The translations under genes were made by a program, and so were the position numbers. Positions 1 to 12,900 of a DNA stretch of 64,000 nt are shown in pieces. The notes below the pieces were generated by a model that worked only from the letters and a program-made list of their open reading frames with translations, had not been told where the DNA came from and made no database searches. Each line of letters begins with the position of its first letter. Position 1 is the first letter of the stretch. This DNA is from Ruditapes philippinarum (taxonomy: Eukaryota), in contig NW_026864062.1 in assembly GCF_026571515.1 (NCBI RefSeq), positions 1-64,000 of the forward strand. The letters are read 5' to 3'.

Positions 1-493
1 CATTGCATATAACATTTAAATTAGTTCTTGCATTGTGAATATTATTACTTTTCTCAAAAATCTTAGGTAGTACATTATTCTCAAGGTTGATTTTCTTGAA
101 ATATTTTGGCTCATCTGGAGGCATGCAGCTTTAAGGCTTGATAGCAATTTATTGCTCACCTATTTTTTGTTGCTAATGTAATATTTAATATTTTTTCAAT
201 ATTAGAACCTTATCTACTACCTACAGATACTTGCTTACTGATACTCTTTTAAATAATAATGTTCTATACTTTGGATGTTGTGTTTATTTAAGAAAAATGT
301 TGTTGTATAATGACTGATACCTTTCAAAAGATTTTAATCTCTAGACAAAATAAGACTTTTAAACTGCAATAATTAAAGAATTTAGGTTTGATATTGATTT
401 AAGTATCTGTAAGTGTTTTTTGATACTTTTAACAAAATTTGAAGTTTTTGCATCATTCTAAGTAAAACCATAAATATTTTGTTTAAATTTTAG

Positions 494-2397
494 CATCAGA
501 CAGGGTTCTACGACCAATGATTTTAACGAAGCAGCTAGATTTAGCTTCGGGATCTTCAGTCACTACACCAAGAATAAACTTAGTGAAAGAACTAGAAAAA
601 TTCAACCGAGAAATGTCTAGGAAGGCTAGTGAGACAACCGAGGCAAAACCTGTGACCACATCTTCATCAGAGAGTGTAACAGTAGAGAAACCACCTACAC
701 CGACCCCTGTGCGATCTGTGTCTAGACCTAACATCCTAAGAGGACGTCCACATTATCGCCCTCAAAAGCGTTCATCTTCTCTTGATTCTGCATCGGTAGC
801 CTCTACATCAACAACAACAACAACGACAACAACCTCTTCATCACCAGCATCAGAATCATTGTCAAAAGTAATAAAGTCTGCTGCAATAGCATCTCGAATT
901 TCATCATTGGTAGAGAAGAACAATGATGTCATGAAATTTTCGCAAGACCTGATTCAGTCAAAATCGGAAGTGCGATTCTTGAAAGGGGACCAAACACCAG
1001 TTTGTGCGGATGCTGTGCTGACTATTCCAAACCCATCATTCTTCGCGAGAACATCAAATGAATCTACTTGTGTATCTAGTGAAGTGTCAAATTCTGAACC
1101 AATAGTTTCTTCTGCTGTTTCAAATATACCTGTGTATACTAAAGCAAACATTAATAACAGGATACCTGAAGCTACAACTGCACCGGTAATGCTGTCAAAA
1201 AAAGCTCAAAATATTCAAAATTCAAATAATAAAATGGTTATAGGTAATGTTTATAAGACTTCAGTTGTATCAGATCCAACAGCTTTGCCAGTGTTGATGC
1301 CAGTTGCAACAGATAAAGCATTTCCAGCCAGTCCAGATGATGTTGTTCTACCTGCGGGAAAAGGGTATGTTGTTTTTAAACCTATGGGAAATCTTCCAAA
1401 AGATTGTGTATATACAATTGAATCCTCCACTGGTCTCATTAATGCTGTCGTTGACCCACATAAATTTGTTAAACCATCTGGCACTGCTCCGAGAATTGTT
1501 TCTAGTCATAGTTCGAAGGTAAGCTTTCAATCTAACCCCATAATGTCTGTTAAACAAAATCAGTCCGTACAGCCTGTGAAACCAGTAGTCGAAGTTCCTA
1601 CTAATCCAATAATAAATCCTAAAATACAGGCCATTTTAAAGAAACATTTTGCTGTTACTGATAAACAAGGTGACTGTCATATCAAAGAGGAGGATGTTTC
1701 AAAAGAAAGTACAGTATCAACTATGTCAGATGGAACTGTTTACACATCTTTTCTAAGCCAAGTTGCTAAAAATCCAACATTGGTTACAAAGCCTTCTATA
1801 TTCAAAAATAAAACCTCGGTCTCTCAGGACACATCAAATTCTGGTTGCACAGAACCCACTAGCACTCTTGTATTGTCAGGGAGTAACCCAAAAAGTAATG
1901 AAGTACCAGTTAAAGTAATAGGTTATCCGGCCCCACCTGGTACCTCAGGTTCTTCATTTACGTTAACTAAACCAGTGGTCACACTGTCATCTGTAAAGTC
2001 TTCACCAGCAGCTATATCATATATTAATATAGCTTCACCTAATCCTACTCTTAAAAAAGTTTTCACCGACCCCAAAGAAAATCTTAAACAAGAGCACAAT
2101 ACATTAAACAAACTCCTTCAACAAACAAAAGCAGTCAAATATCTCAAAACAGAAATTTCTAATGAGGTTACCATGACAACTAACACTCAAATAGTAGGGT
2201 CTTCTTTATCCTCTGAAAGTAATGTAAATTTACAGCCCATTTTACTGCCGACTGTGGTCCCTAGTGTTTTCCCTACTGAAGTTTCACACACAAGCTCTCA
2301 GACAGAGAAAAAAACACCCACAGTGTCTGTATCTAAAACCATGGTATACAAAGCATATCCAGGTAACAAAACAATCTATTTAGGTACTACTGAATAA
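494..2397 (+). CDS. Large terminal coding exon (~634 codons) encoding a low-complexity Ser/Thr/Pro/Val/Lys-rich, probably disordered region; upstream exons lie outside the window
   Basis: A 1.9-kb stop-free frame in AT-rich DNA, preceded by an acceptor (ttttag, AG 492-493) and ending at TAA 2395-2397. It is followed by T-rich UTR-like DNA with AATAAA at ~4454, ~4611 and ~4775. No domain recognised. Confidence 0.8.
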
Positions 2398-3064
2398 AAT
2401 GACAGGGCCCTCGATCAACCAAAATGTCCCCCACACCAAAACTTTTATGTTTTCTCCCCCTAGCAGAGGAAAAAATTCCACCTAAAAAAATGTAAGATCT
2501 TAAAGAAAAAAATTGAAAAGTTATGTTGTTTTTGAAAAGTAAAATCCATGTATTTCAATGATTTTTTTTGTAAGTAGAATATACATGTCTGCACCATTTT
2601 CTGTTTTCACATAGTTTGACAGTGTTTTATACCCAAGATTTGTCGTCAAATATTGGCCTTTTGAGATTGAATGTCCAGTTGTAAAAGTCCAAGGGTTAAT
2701 CACTGAGCCAGTAAATCAGTTGCTCGCTTAGTAGTACAATCATATATCTATGTTATATTATATGAACTGCGTATCATAGCATAGTTTCATGTACAGTTGA
2801 AGTGTTAATTACAGAAATTGTCAAGGTATATGTAGTTTATTTTGTACTGAAGTGTTGAAGGTTGAAATGAGTTTGATAATCTTCAATTTTTTTCTCATTT
2901 AACATTAAATATGTTTATCACCAAACTTACACATTCTGAATGGTTCAAGTTTGTTTTTTTTGTATGGACTGCTATTTCCCTTTGATGGACCCCTGTAATT
3001 TTGTTGAATAGGAACATCATGGTTCTTCCCTTTTCCATAGTCATCTAATGTTTCAGAATAGAAG

Positions 3065-3212
3065 TCAGTGGTTTCTACTTGTGTGCCGGTTAATATCTAT
3101 AATATTGTACAGAGGGCCTCCAGAGGTCATTGTCTTCCAAAGAAATATTATAAGTTGCCATATGACCTCAACTGTGTTGGTGTGATGTAAAACCCAACCA
3201 AAAAAAAAAAAA
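3065..3212 (+). mobile_element. SINE 3' fragment, same family as 24399
   Basis: aagttgccatatgacct..gtgttggtg..tgtaaaacccaac followed by poly-A. Confidence 0.55.
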
Positions 3213-5192
3213 TGTCAATCAGTAACAAGTATCAGAATGTCTCATTTATATTGTAAACTTTGTGTTTGAAAAATGGTTGTCAGTTGCTTTGAGTTGAATT
3301 ATATACATTTCCTTGAGATACAAACTTGTAATTTCAAGGTCATGGCGTGTTTAGATGTAACTTTAGCTATTATAGGAAAAATTAGTTTAAGACTAAAGTT
3401 ACCAGATGTAGTATTTTCTTTGCTATTTCTTGGGATGGGGGGTGGGGGTAGGGGAGATAGGATGGGGATTAAACTTTCTTATGATTAACTGATGTTTGTT
3501 TTCTTGTTAACTACTTGGTAAATTTTTATAATGGTAGCAATGTGTTGTAATATCTGAACCAATGAGATGCATATGTTTAATATACTTATAAAAGAAAAAT
3601 TGATGATATAAAATGTGTATTTTCATTTTCTGTATTTTCACTGTAAAAATTTATTTTCAGTATTTTCACTGGTGTCTTAATGGACTACTTTCTTCTTAAT
3701 TCAGTCAATACACAGAATCAATTTATTTAACTAGTTTTATTATGTTACCATTAAATACATTTATATAGTATTTTATACTGATTTGTATTGAATATAAATA
3801 AATATAAATATAAATTTGTAAGTTAAGTATACTTTTGAATATTTACTTTGTAAGTTTAATTTGAAACAAGTTGTTACTGCTATCAAATAACAGAAAATTG
3901 TTTTTATATACACTCTTAATTACAAACCTGCAGTGACAGGATAGTTGAATTTTTGCACATCCTTTCTTAACTATGTTTTTTAAAAGAAAATAGACTGCCA
4001 CATAACTGGGCATCAATGTATACTAAAAGTCACACCTAGGTTAAGTTTTTATGAACCAACCTGTGTTTTCACTGAGGTATTAGTTCGTAGCTTGGAATAA
4101 TTGTATATTACTTGTGCCACCACCTGGTGGTTCTGTCAACAATTATGACTGATGTATCCGCTTTTGAATTTTAATTAAGTTTTTTTTGAAGGACCTGATT
4201 TTTTCTGATGAATTTTGGCATAATTATTTCCTCTTTTTCTATATATACAATATTTTGAAGACCTATAGTTATTCCATCTATCAAACACTTGATTATTTTC
4301 GGGCCTGCTGTCATGTACTCAGCTTTCATATTTACCCACTGTTAAGGTTTTGTATATATTTTATACATAAATGATTTTGCTAAGTAAAACCAAACCTTTC
4401 AAGCCATACAGACTGGTTTAAAACCCTGAGATAATATCATAAATCTGCATTTGAATAAAAAAAAGAAAACAATTTTCTTCTTGAAGAATCTCACTATTGC
4501 TAGTTGCTTGCTGGTTTTCATAGCATTTCAATTCTACACATTTTATATTCTGTTATTTGAATACAGTATCCCAAATATGCATTGAATTTACTTGATATTT
4601 AGTATAAGATAATAAACACATAAAATTAAATGACTATTTTTCATTTTGGCTGGTACAGAGAGTAACACTGTATTACTGAAAGGCTCCGGTTTTGCTAGAT
4701 TTTATATATACCTGGTGACTATAGTACATAGATTTTGATAGATTCAGATATTGTTTGATTGTTAAATATTGACAAATAAAATGTTGAATATTTGACTCAG
4801 TTTTATTCTATTGTATTGACTTTGGGATATGATAGTTCTTCAAGTGATGCTGTGTTTAAGCATAGAAATTGTGATAAAAATTGAACAAAAGTGATATTAT
4901 ATAATACAGTAACTGGTGGCATATAAAATGGTGAAAACTTACATGAAAATTAGGAGACAAGACCATATTGTGTCATCCCCTTAATAGTTTGAGATTTAGC
5001 CCAGAATGCAAAGGACAATAAGTTCCTATCACAATGAAATTGTAATAATTCAGTTATAGTCTTAATAAGGGGGTTGTTGTTGGTGGTGACTTGAGAAAAA
5101 AATTTCTACTTTGTCCTTTACTATATGAACTTAAGCCATGAGAGGATCACATACAGTTGGAATTTTGTATATTGAATTGATAGAAGACATCG

Positions 5193-6598
5193 TTTTAGCT
5201 CACCTGTCACAAAGTGACTTGTGACAGGGTGAGCTTTTGTGATCGCTTTTTGTCCGGCGTCCGGCCGGCGTCCTTAAACTTACTTTAAATGACATCTCCT
5301 CATAAACTGCTGAGCCAATTTCATCCAAACTTCACAGGAATGTTCCTTTGGTGGTCACCTTTAAAAATTGTTCAAAGAATTTAATTCCATGCAGAACTCT
5401 GGTTGCCATGGCAACCGATAGAAAAAACTTAAAATATCTTCTTTTAAAAAAACCCAAAGAGGTAGAGCTTAGATATTTGGCATGAAACATCTTCTAGTGA
5501 GTGTCTATCAATTTTGTTCAAATAAAAGCCCTGGGGTCAAAATTGGCCCCGCCCCAGGGGTCATTGATTTTCCCTATATGCATATAGTAAAAACTTAAAA
5601 AATCTTCTTTTAAAGAACCCAAAGAGCTAGAGCTAAGATATTTAGCATGAAACAACTTCTAATGGGTGTCTACCAAGTTTGTTCAAATAAAAGCCCTGGG
5701 GTCAAAATTGGCCCGGCCCCAGGGGGTCATTGATTTTCCCTATATGCATATAGTAAAAACTTATAAAATCTTCTTTTAAAGAACCAAAAGAGCTAGATCT
5801 AAGATATTTAGCATGAAACATCTTCTTATGAGTGTCTATCAAGTTTGTTCAAATAAAAGCCCTGGGGTCAAAATTGGCCCAGCCCCAGGGGGTCATTGAT
5901 TTTCCCTATATGCATATAGTAAAAACTTTTAAAAAAAAATCTTCTTTGAAAAAAAAACAAATAGCTAGAGTTTAGATACTAAGCATGAAACATCTTCTAG
6001 TGAGTGTCTACAAAGTTTGTTCATATAAAAGCCCTTGGGTCAAAATTGGCCCCGCCCCAGGGGTCATTGATTTTATTTATGTGTAAGGCAAAAACTTAAA
6101 AAAATCTTTTTTAAAAAAATCCAAATAGCTAAGATATTAAGCATGAAACATCTTCCAGTTAGTGTCTTCAAAGTTTGTTCAAATAAAAGCCCTAGGGTCA
6201 AAATTGGCCCTGCCCGGGGGGACATTGATTTTCCTTATATGTGTATAGCAAAAACTTAAAAATCTTATTTAAAACAAAACAAATAGCTAGAGTTTGGATA
6301 TTAAGCATGAAACATCTTCTAGTGAGTGTCCTCAAAGTTTGATCAAATAAAAGCCCTAGGGTCAAAACTTGCCCCGCCCAAGGGGTGTCATTGCTTTTAA
6401 CTATATGTGTATAGTTAAAACTTCAAAAATCTTTTTTTTAAAAGCTCAACGAGCTAGACCTTAGATGTTTAGCATGAAATATCTTCTAATGGGTGTCTAC
6501 CAATTTTGTTCAAATAAAAGCCCTGGGGTTTAAACTGGCCCCGCTTTGGGGGCCTATATACAGGTGAGCGACTTCAGGGCCATCATGGCCCTCTTGTT
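5193..6598 (+). mobile_element. Non-autonomous Helentron/HINE-like element, family A copy 1, with 7 internal ~165-bp tandem units
   Basis: 5' TTTT + subTIR gctcacctg (5198-5206) with nearby inverted copy, (CGTC)-like microsatellite, tandem array, 3' subTIR caggtgagc (6561-6569), hairpin agggccatcatggccct, ends cttgTT. Near-identical element at 46613. Confidence 0.85.
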
Positions 6599-6963
6599 AT
6601 AATTATAAGTCAGATTTAAATATGTCAAATTAGTTATTCTGTATTTCACATAGAGGTCATTTAGTAAATTGTGTTTCATATTAAGGGCATGTAAAATAAA
6701 AGCATGTCGTTTGAACTTAGTACAACTAATAATTATAAAACAAAGTAGTAGCATGTACTAATCTTAAGTTGAAATATGAACTGCAAGATAATGTAATTGA
6801 CAGTTATGCTAATCAATTTATTTTGCTGATAATTACTTAAAAGTTACTAATATAGCAACTTTACCCTGATTTTCTTAATAAACATGTATTTATGATATTA
6901 TAATTATTATGATTTTTATGTATTTGAGAATGTGTAGGAACATGTCTTTATGTGTTTTGTTAG

Positions 6964-9900
6964 CAGAAGTAACTCCGCGCCCTGTAGTCCTAGACACCGT
7001 TCAGAATCACCTGACCGCATGCTGCAGCTATCACCAAGCTCACTGCCTGACCGTCTTCCCGAAGAACCTGAAACATCTGCTCGGGAAGAAGCCGCAGACA
7101 CCCTGCTTCAGTTGTCTCAGGATTTTGTACCTCTCACACTTGGCAATGTCAGTTTACTTGCTGCTAACCGTGATCTTCTGACCTGTCCTACCCCAGGTTG
7201 TGACGGTTCCGGGCATGTTTCCGGAAATTATAGTTCACACCGTAGTTTGTCTGGTTGCCCATTGGCTGATAGAGCAACAGTACAGGCCAATCAGGTGGAA
7301 CAGAAGTAAGCATTTCTATGGTGATAGGTTCCTGTTGAACTATTCTGATTAGTGGAATTTTGAACATTACATAAAATTTAAGTAAATTACATGTTTGATT
7401 TTGCGGGAATAAAATTATAAAACCTCATCTTATAGCAAGTTATACGGTAAAATTTTAAAGTGAATGTTTCAACATTTCACAAAAAGGTTTCAAAGTCCGA
7501 CAGTATGGGTAAGGCAAAGGCTACTCATAATGTTAACTTGCGAATGCTTATGCCACAATAATCAGGATACTGAATAATGCTTCATAACTTCCACTAACAG
7601 GACTTGTTTGTTGTTTTTATGTTATGTCGGATTGATGTTGTTTCTTGTTTTTGTTTTTGTTTATTTATGTTGTAGATACTGTTCCTGTGTTGTTGTTTTT
7701 TTCAGTATTGTAATGTTTTTATTGAGTTTGCTTTTTACTGTATTCTGTTTGAAAGAGCATTTCAGGTTTAACTCCTGCATGGAAGATACCCAGAATCAAA
7801 AATACATAAGTTAGCTAAGGTCTGTCCACTAACAAAAGAGTAAAATTCTGGAACATAATGGAATGCAGGAATGTAGAGTGTTGTGCTTGTGTTGAATGCA
7901 AAGAGGTGCATGTGATGTAACAATTTCAAAATATTTAATTTCTATCCTATCTCACTAGAAATACAGGTTGAACCTGTATATATTGGCCAATGATTCTCCC
8001 TACCATAAGACAGTAAATGCAATTAAGTCGGTTATCACAATGGAGTTTGACTGTATCGGTCTGAAGTTGAAAGCCTTGCAATATAATCAGTGGCATGGTT
8101 TGCTTTAGAAATAAACATGGTCATCAATTTGAACATATTTTCGTGTAGATCAGGTACAGTTGCATTTCAAAGTGGTTCATAAAGTATCATCAAACAATCC
8201 AGGTAAGATAATTGTTGTCTTTAATTAGTATTTTCTTTAGTTTTTATGCATGTTTTGTTTCTTTATTATTGTGATAGACATTTTATATATCATTGGTTAA
8301 CTAGGTTATTTTTCATTTGATAATGAGAAATTTTATAAAGGCACCTGCCAAAATTGCAACAAAAGGTGTAACCCTTGTATGAGTTTGAAAATTTATCAAT
8401 TTAGTACTTAACCTGCTGAATTTGAGTAATGGATTCACTTGGCTTTGAATTTGGAACAATCCATTATAAGTTTAAATGATTTTAATATTTAAAAAAAAGT
8501 TGAGCAGTCGGCAGAATAGAGCCTGGATGAGCAGGCTAGAAAATCTGGTTCTATAACAAATCACTTTGGTTTCTACAGGTTAGGTCATTTGTGTCCTGGA
8601 ATACATTGATTGAAATCTGTTAAGTTACAGAAATAATTATTTTTAATAACTGTCCTAAATTTTAGTGATTTTAGTAAGAAATTAAAGGAAATTATTTGAA
8701 AGTAAGTAAATTCATGTCAAAACAATCAGTATTATTATCTTGATAGTTTTCATTTCAACATGACTAAAACAAAAATTTCATTTAATTGGACGTTTTATAT
8801 ATTTGAAAATCTTATGACGTTTTATATATAAAATAATAGTTACCATAATTATTAGTTTGAAGATATTATTTTTGGAAAAATTTTCAAAAAATTATAGATG
8901 TCCGACACCAGGATGTGATGGGTCAGGTCACGTGACGGGGAATTACACATCTCATAGAAGTTTGTCAGGATGTCCGAGGGCGGCAAAGCTTAAGAAAATA
9001 TTTGGTAAAGAGATTGAAAAACGAGATGATGAGCCATTGAGGTATTCAGTTAAGTTTTATTATCCTTTACAAAATACTGAAGTTAAGCATTACATTATAT
9101 AACCACTGTGTGTATGTTAGTTTCATAAGAATTATTTTGAAATTTCTTTATGAGTATACATTTTCATGGATTTTAAGGGTGATATTGTTTATATGGAGAT
9201 CACCAATTTATCATACAATGTCTGTTTTTTTCTGCAGATGTCCTATTCCAAACTGTGATGGGTCAGGTCATATAACTGGAAAATATCTGTCTCATAGAAG
9301 GTAATTGGTTTGAGTGATTTTATTTTTTTTTAGTCACATTATTCCCAGATTTCATGTTTGATGTTAAAATATTTGGCCGTTATGTATTTAAGGTGCAACA
9401 GAAATAAATTTTGTCTTCTGTACAAATATCTTTATTATACATTTTATATGCTGTATTAAACACCTTAAATTTAAGGACTTATCTTAAATTGTCTGTTAAT
9501 AGATTAAAATATTTTGTTTTCAAAATATGAGGATTGTAAAAACAGCACAGACTCTGGTTCTATAATGGTCAAGAACAATATACAGATAAACATTAATTAC
9601 ATCATAATAACAATACAATTTGGAATATTTTACAGTGCCTCAGGTTGTCCACTTGCCAATAGATTTAAGCTTCAACGTAACATTTTCCCAGGAATTGACA
9701 GTAATAGTGGTGTGGATATATCTGCAGCCCTCAAGATGGAACCTTGTGTGTAAGTAGTTGATTACTATAAAAATACTCAATTTCTTAACTTGATGGTATA
9801 GGATTGACTAAAACAGTGTTAGTTTGTATTAATTTGCAATAATTGGAGCCTCTATGTCTAAGTGTTTATGTTTGCTGGCGTTAAACCACTTCCCTCCTAC

Positions 9901-12900
9901 TACTGTGGTATAATTTGATAATTTGTTAGTGTCAGTCAGCTAAAGAGAATAGAAATAAAAAAGGAAATAGCAAGTTTTATGTTATTAAGAAAATACCTGA
10001 ATGTTATGTATTCCGCATGTGTGGTGTCTATCAAACAGTTTAGTTTTATGAAGTTGTCTTACACAAAATCAAACTTATAACATGTGTTAAACTCACCTGT
10101 GATGAGACCAATGTAAAAGTTACTGTATTTGCACCCATCTGACTTGTGTGTACAGGGCTCTAGCTAGACCAAAATTTTAGGGAGAAGTGACTTCTCCCTC
10201 AGCTCCTATCAGGGAGAAGTTTGACGACATAAGGAGAAGTGAAAAAGTGCTTAGTACATTGATTTGATCTATAAAAAGGAGTTTTACTTATTTATTGATA
10301 GTGATATTTGAAGTATAAGTTCTAGAACCCTCTATCATACCATTATAATGTTTTCTTCCTGATTAACTCACACACACCCCCCTCCCTTAAGAAAATATTC
10401 ATTGTACAACACATACTGGCAAAATTTTCAATGAAAATTTATGTAAACGATACCTTAAGGAATTTTCATTAATAAACTACATTTTAAGTGCTATTGGACA
10501 CATTTTAACAAAACAAATTTTTCTTTTGGTAACTATTATTTTCATCGTAAAAATCGGCATCGCGAAAATATGTGACAAATGAAAATTTGTCTGTTTCCTG
10601 CAGAAACACTTACAATTCTAGTTGTTGTTGATTTTGATTATATTTAATTAAATATTCAATGATTATTTTTAGATTGTTATTCCACCGCTTTTGCAACAGG
10701 CATTGTAAAACAAAATTTTCAAATTTGTAGTTTACCGCATAATTTACCGACGTTTATGTAACTTTTTGAAGAAAAAAGTTTATCTACTAGTGTTTTTGAC
10801 TTGTCCAAAATTGGTCTAATGTGGGTCAATGTTTTTTAAGTTCTTTAACAAATTTCATTTTTACTATCAAACAGGTGTCAAACCATTTACTTGTGCTTCT
10901 GTGTGTATTAATTTATATGCAAGTAAATTTACACGATCTGTGTGAGGTTGCGTGTAATTACTGTCAAATATGGTAAGAGCAATTCCAGGTGTAATTTTTT
11001 TTAAATAGTGGCAGGTGTCGTAAAATTATGCCTAAAAAATGTGATGTTTACATCCGGGCCCTTTACATCGGCGAATTTCCGATGCATCTGCATAGCATGT
11101 CACTTAAATGTGTTAATTGATGTCAATTATCGGCAGTAACTGCATGTGCGTCACCAATTCAGTTTGATTTATGCCTGGAGGCGAGGATAAACTTAATTAA
11201 CATGCACTGTATGATATATATGTACATGTGGTCAGTAAAAAAATGCGGCGAAATCGTTTTCGCTTTGATGTTCAAACTCGGCGAAGTTCTGACACTTTAG
11301 GCGACTAAGTCGCCGAAATCGCCCAGTTGCTAGAGCCCTGGTGTAGTATGCAATTTTCTGCCAATAATGATTCCTGTTCAAGGTCACAGTTATAGGTCAT
11401 AGCATAAGAGGAAAGCTTCATGTGCAATGGAATTTAGTAATAGTATAAATATATAATTTTAAAAAATACAACTGTGACATTTTAATTATCTATTTTTCAA
11501 GTTGTCCAACACCTGGATGTGATGGGTCAGGTCATGCCAATGGTAACTTCCTGTCACATCGAAGCTTGTCAGGTTGTCCACGAGCCACTCAAGCCATGAA
11601 GAAGGCCAAGCTGAGTCCAGCAGAGATGGCTGTACTCCAACAAAAGGTGGAGAATGGTGAAGGTATGTTCTTTCATAACTATTATATCTAATGTATGATT
11701 TTGTTTTAAATTATATTTCTTTGTTGGTCATTGATATTAATAAAAATGCTTGTAGCATAGGTTTGTTTGAAAGCTATGAGTGTATTGTTTTGTATGTCCT
11801 TTGCTACAAACATAAAGTCGAAGAAAAATGCTAAGATTGTTTACAACAGATAAAATATGAAAAGATGATGTAAAGCATACTTAAAATGTCCCAGAATTTA
11901 CTTGTCTTTTCATGTGAGGTGCAGCACACAAATATTTGTTATTATGGCATGTTTTTATACATTCAAATCTTGATTCAATGATTCACAGATTGACATGCAA
12001 TATAAATGAGGTCAGACACCTTACATTATATAAATCATTTACATGAATATGAAATATCTTAATTAAAACAATTGAAAGCTAGGCAACTGATTTTATGATT
12101 GTATTTCAAATTCACATATTTCACACAGATTTAAATGAAGACAGAGAGCTAGAGGCAATGGATTGTGAAATTAAAGAGTTAAAAACAGCCAACCTTACAG
12201 AAGAGTCACAGATTATAAAGCTGAAGGCAGAGATTGCTTGTATGGAAGTCAAGGTAAGAACTGTTTCTTTGGATTGAGCTGTGGCTGTATTGATTGAATC
12301 TATCCATTTTAATTGCCACAATTTTGATTATAGCAGAAATATGATGAAAAAGATTACATCTTGTCACCTGCCTACTTTCAGCTTAATGGCATAAAAAAAA
12401 TTATAATGGTAATTCTTTTGAGGTAATTTTACCCAAATACTTGTCATTTGCCTGAAGGCATGCATAGAAGGGCAACAAAACAAAACCTCACTTTCAATTA
12501 AGTCGCCTGCATCTAAATTTTGGTTCATATGTCTGTAAACAAGATCTAATAACGAGTATTAACAATATCACTAATCATTATAATGCATCCTTATTAACCA
12601 GGTTTTCAACATAAACTGGTTATTGTAATGCCGAAGTCGGTGGGCAGGTGTCTAATTTTAGCTTCCGCTCAATAACTTTAGTTCCCTTAGGCCTATTGAC
12701 ACCAAACTTGGTGTGTAAGTAGCTTATATCAAGAGGCAGCTTTGAATTGCTACCCAGGTGTCTGTGATCAAGGTCAATGTTACTAAAAATAGAAATTCAG
12801 TTTCTGGTCAATAACTTGAGTTTTGCTTTGACCTATTGACACCAAACTTGGTTGGTAAGTAGCTTTTATCAAGAGGCAGCTTGGGATTGCTACCTAGGTC

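Noticed and set aside
483-2111. Antisense and alternate-frame ORFs over large exons (also 22425, 33651, 34710)
   Set aside because: These are shadows of real coding exons with no independent support.
2403-2480. cagggccctcg right after the orphan stop as another CAGGG TIR
   Set aside because: No convincing partner end or TSD was found.
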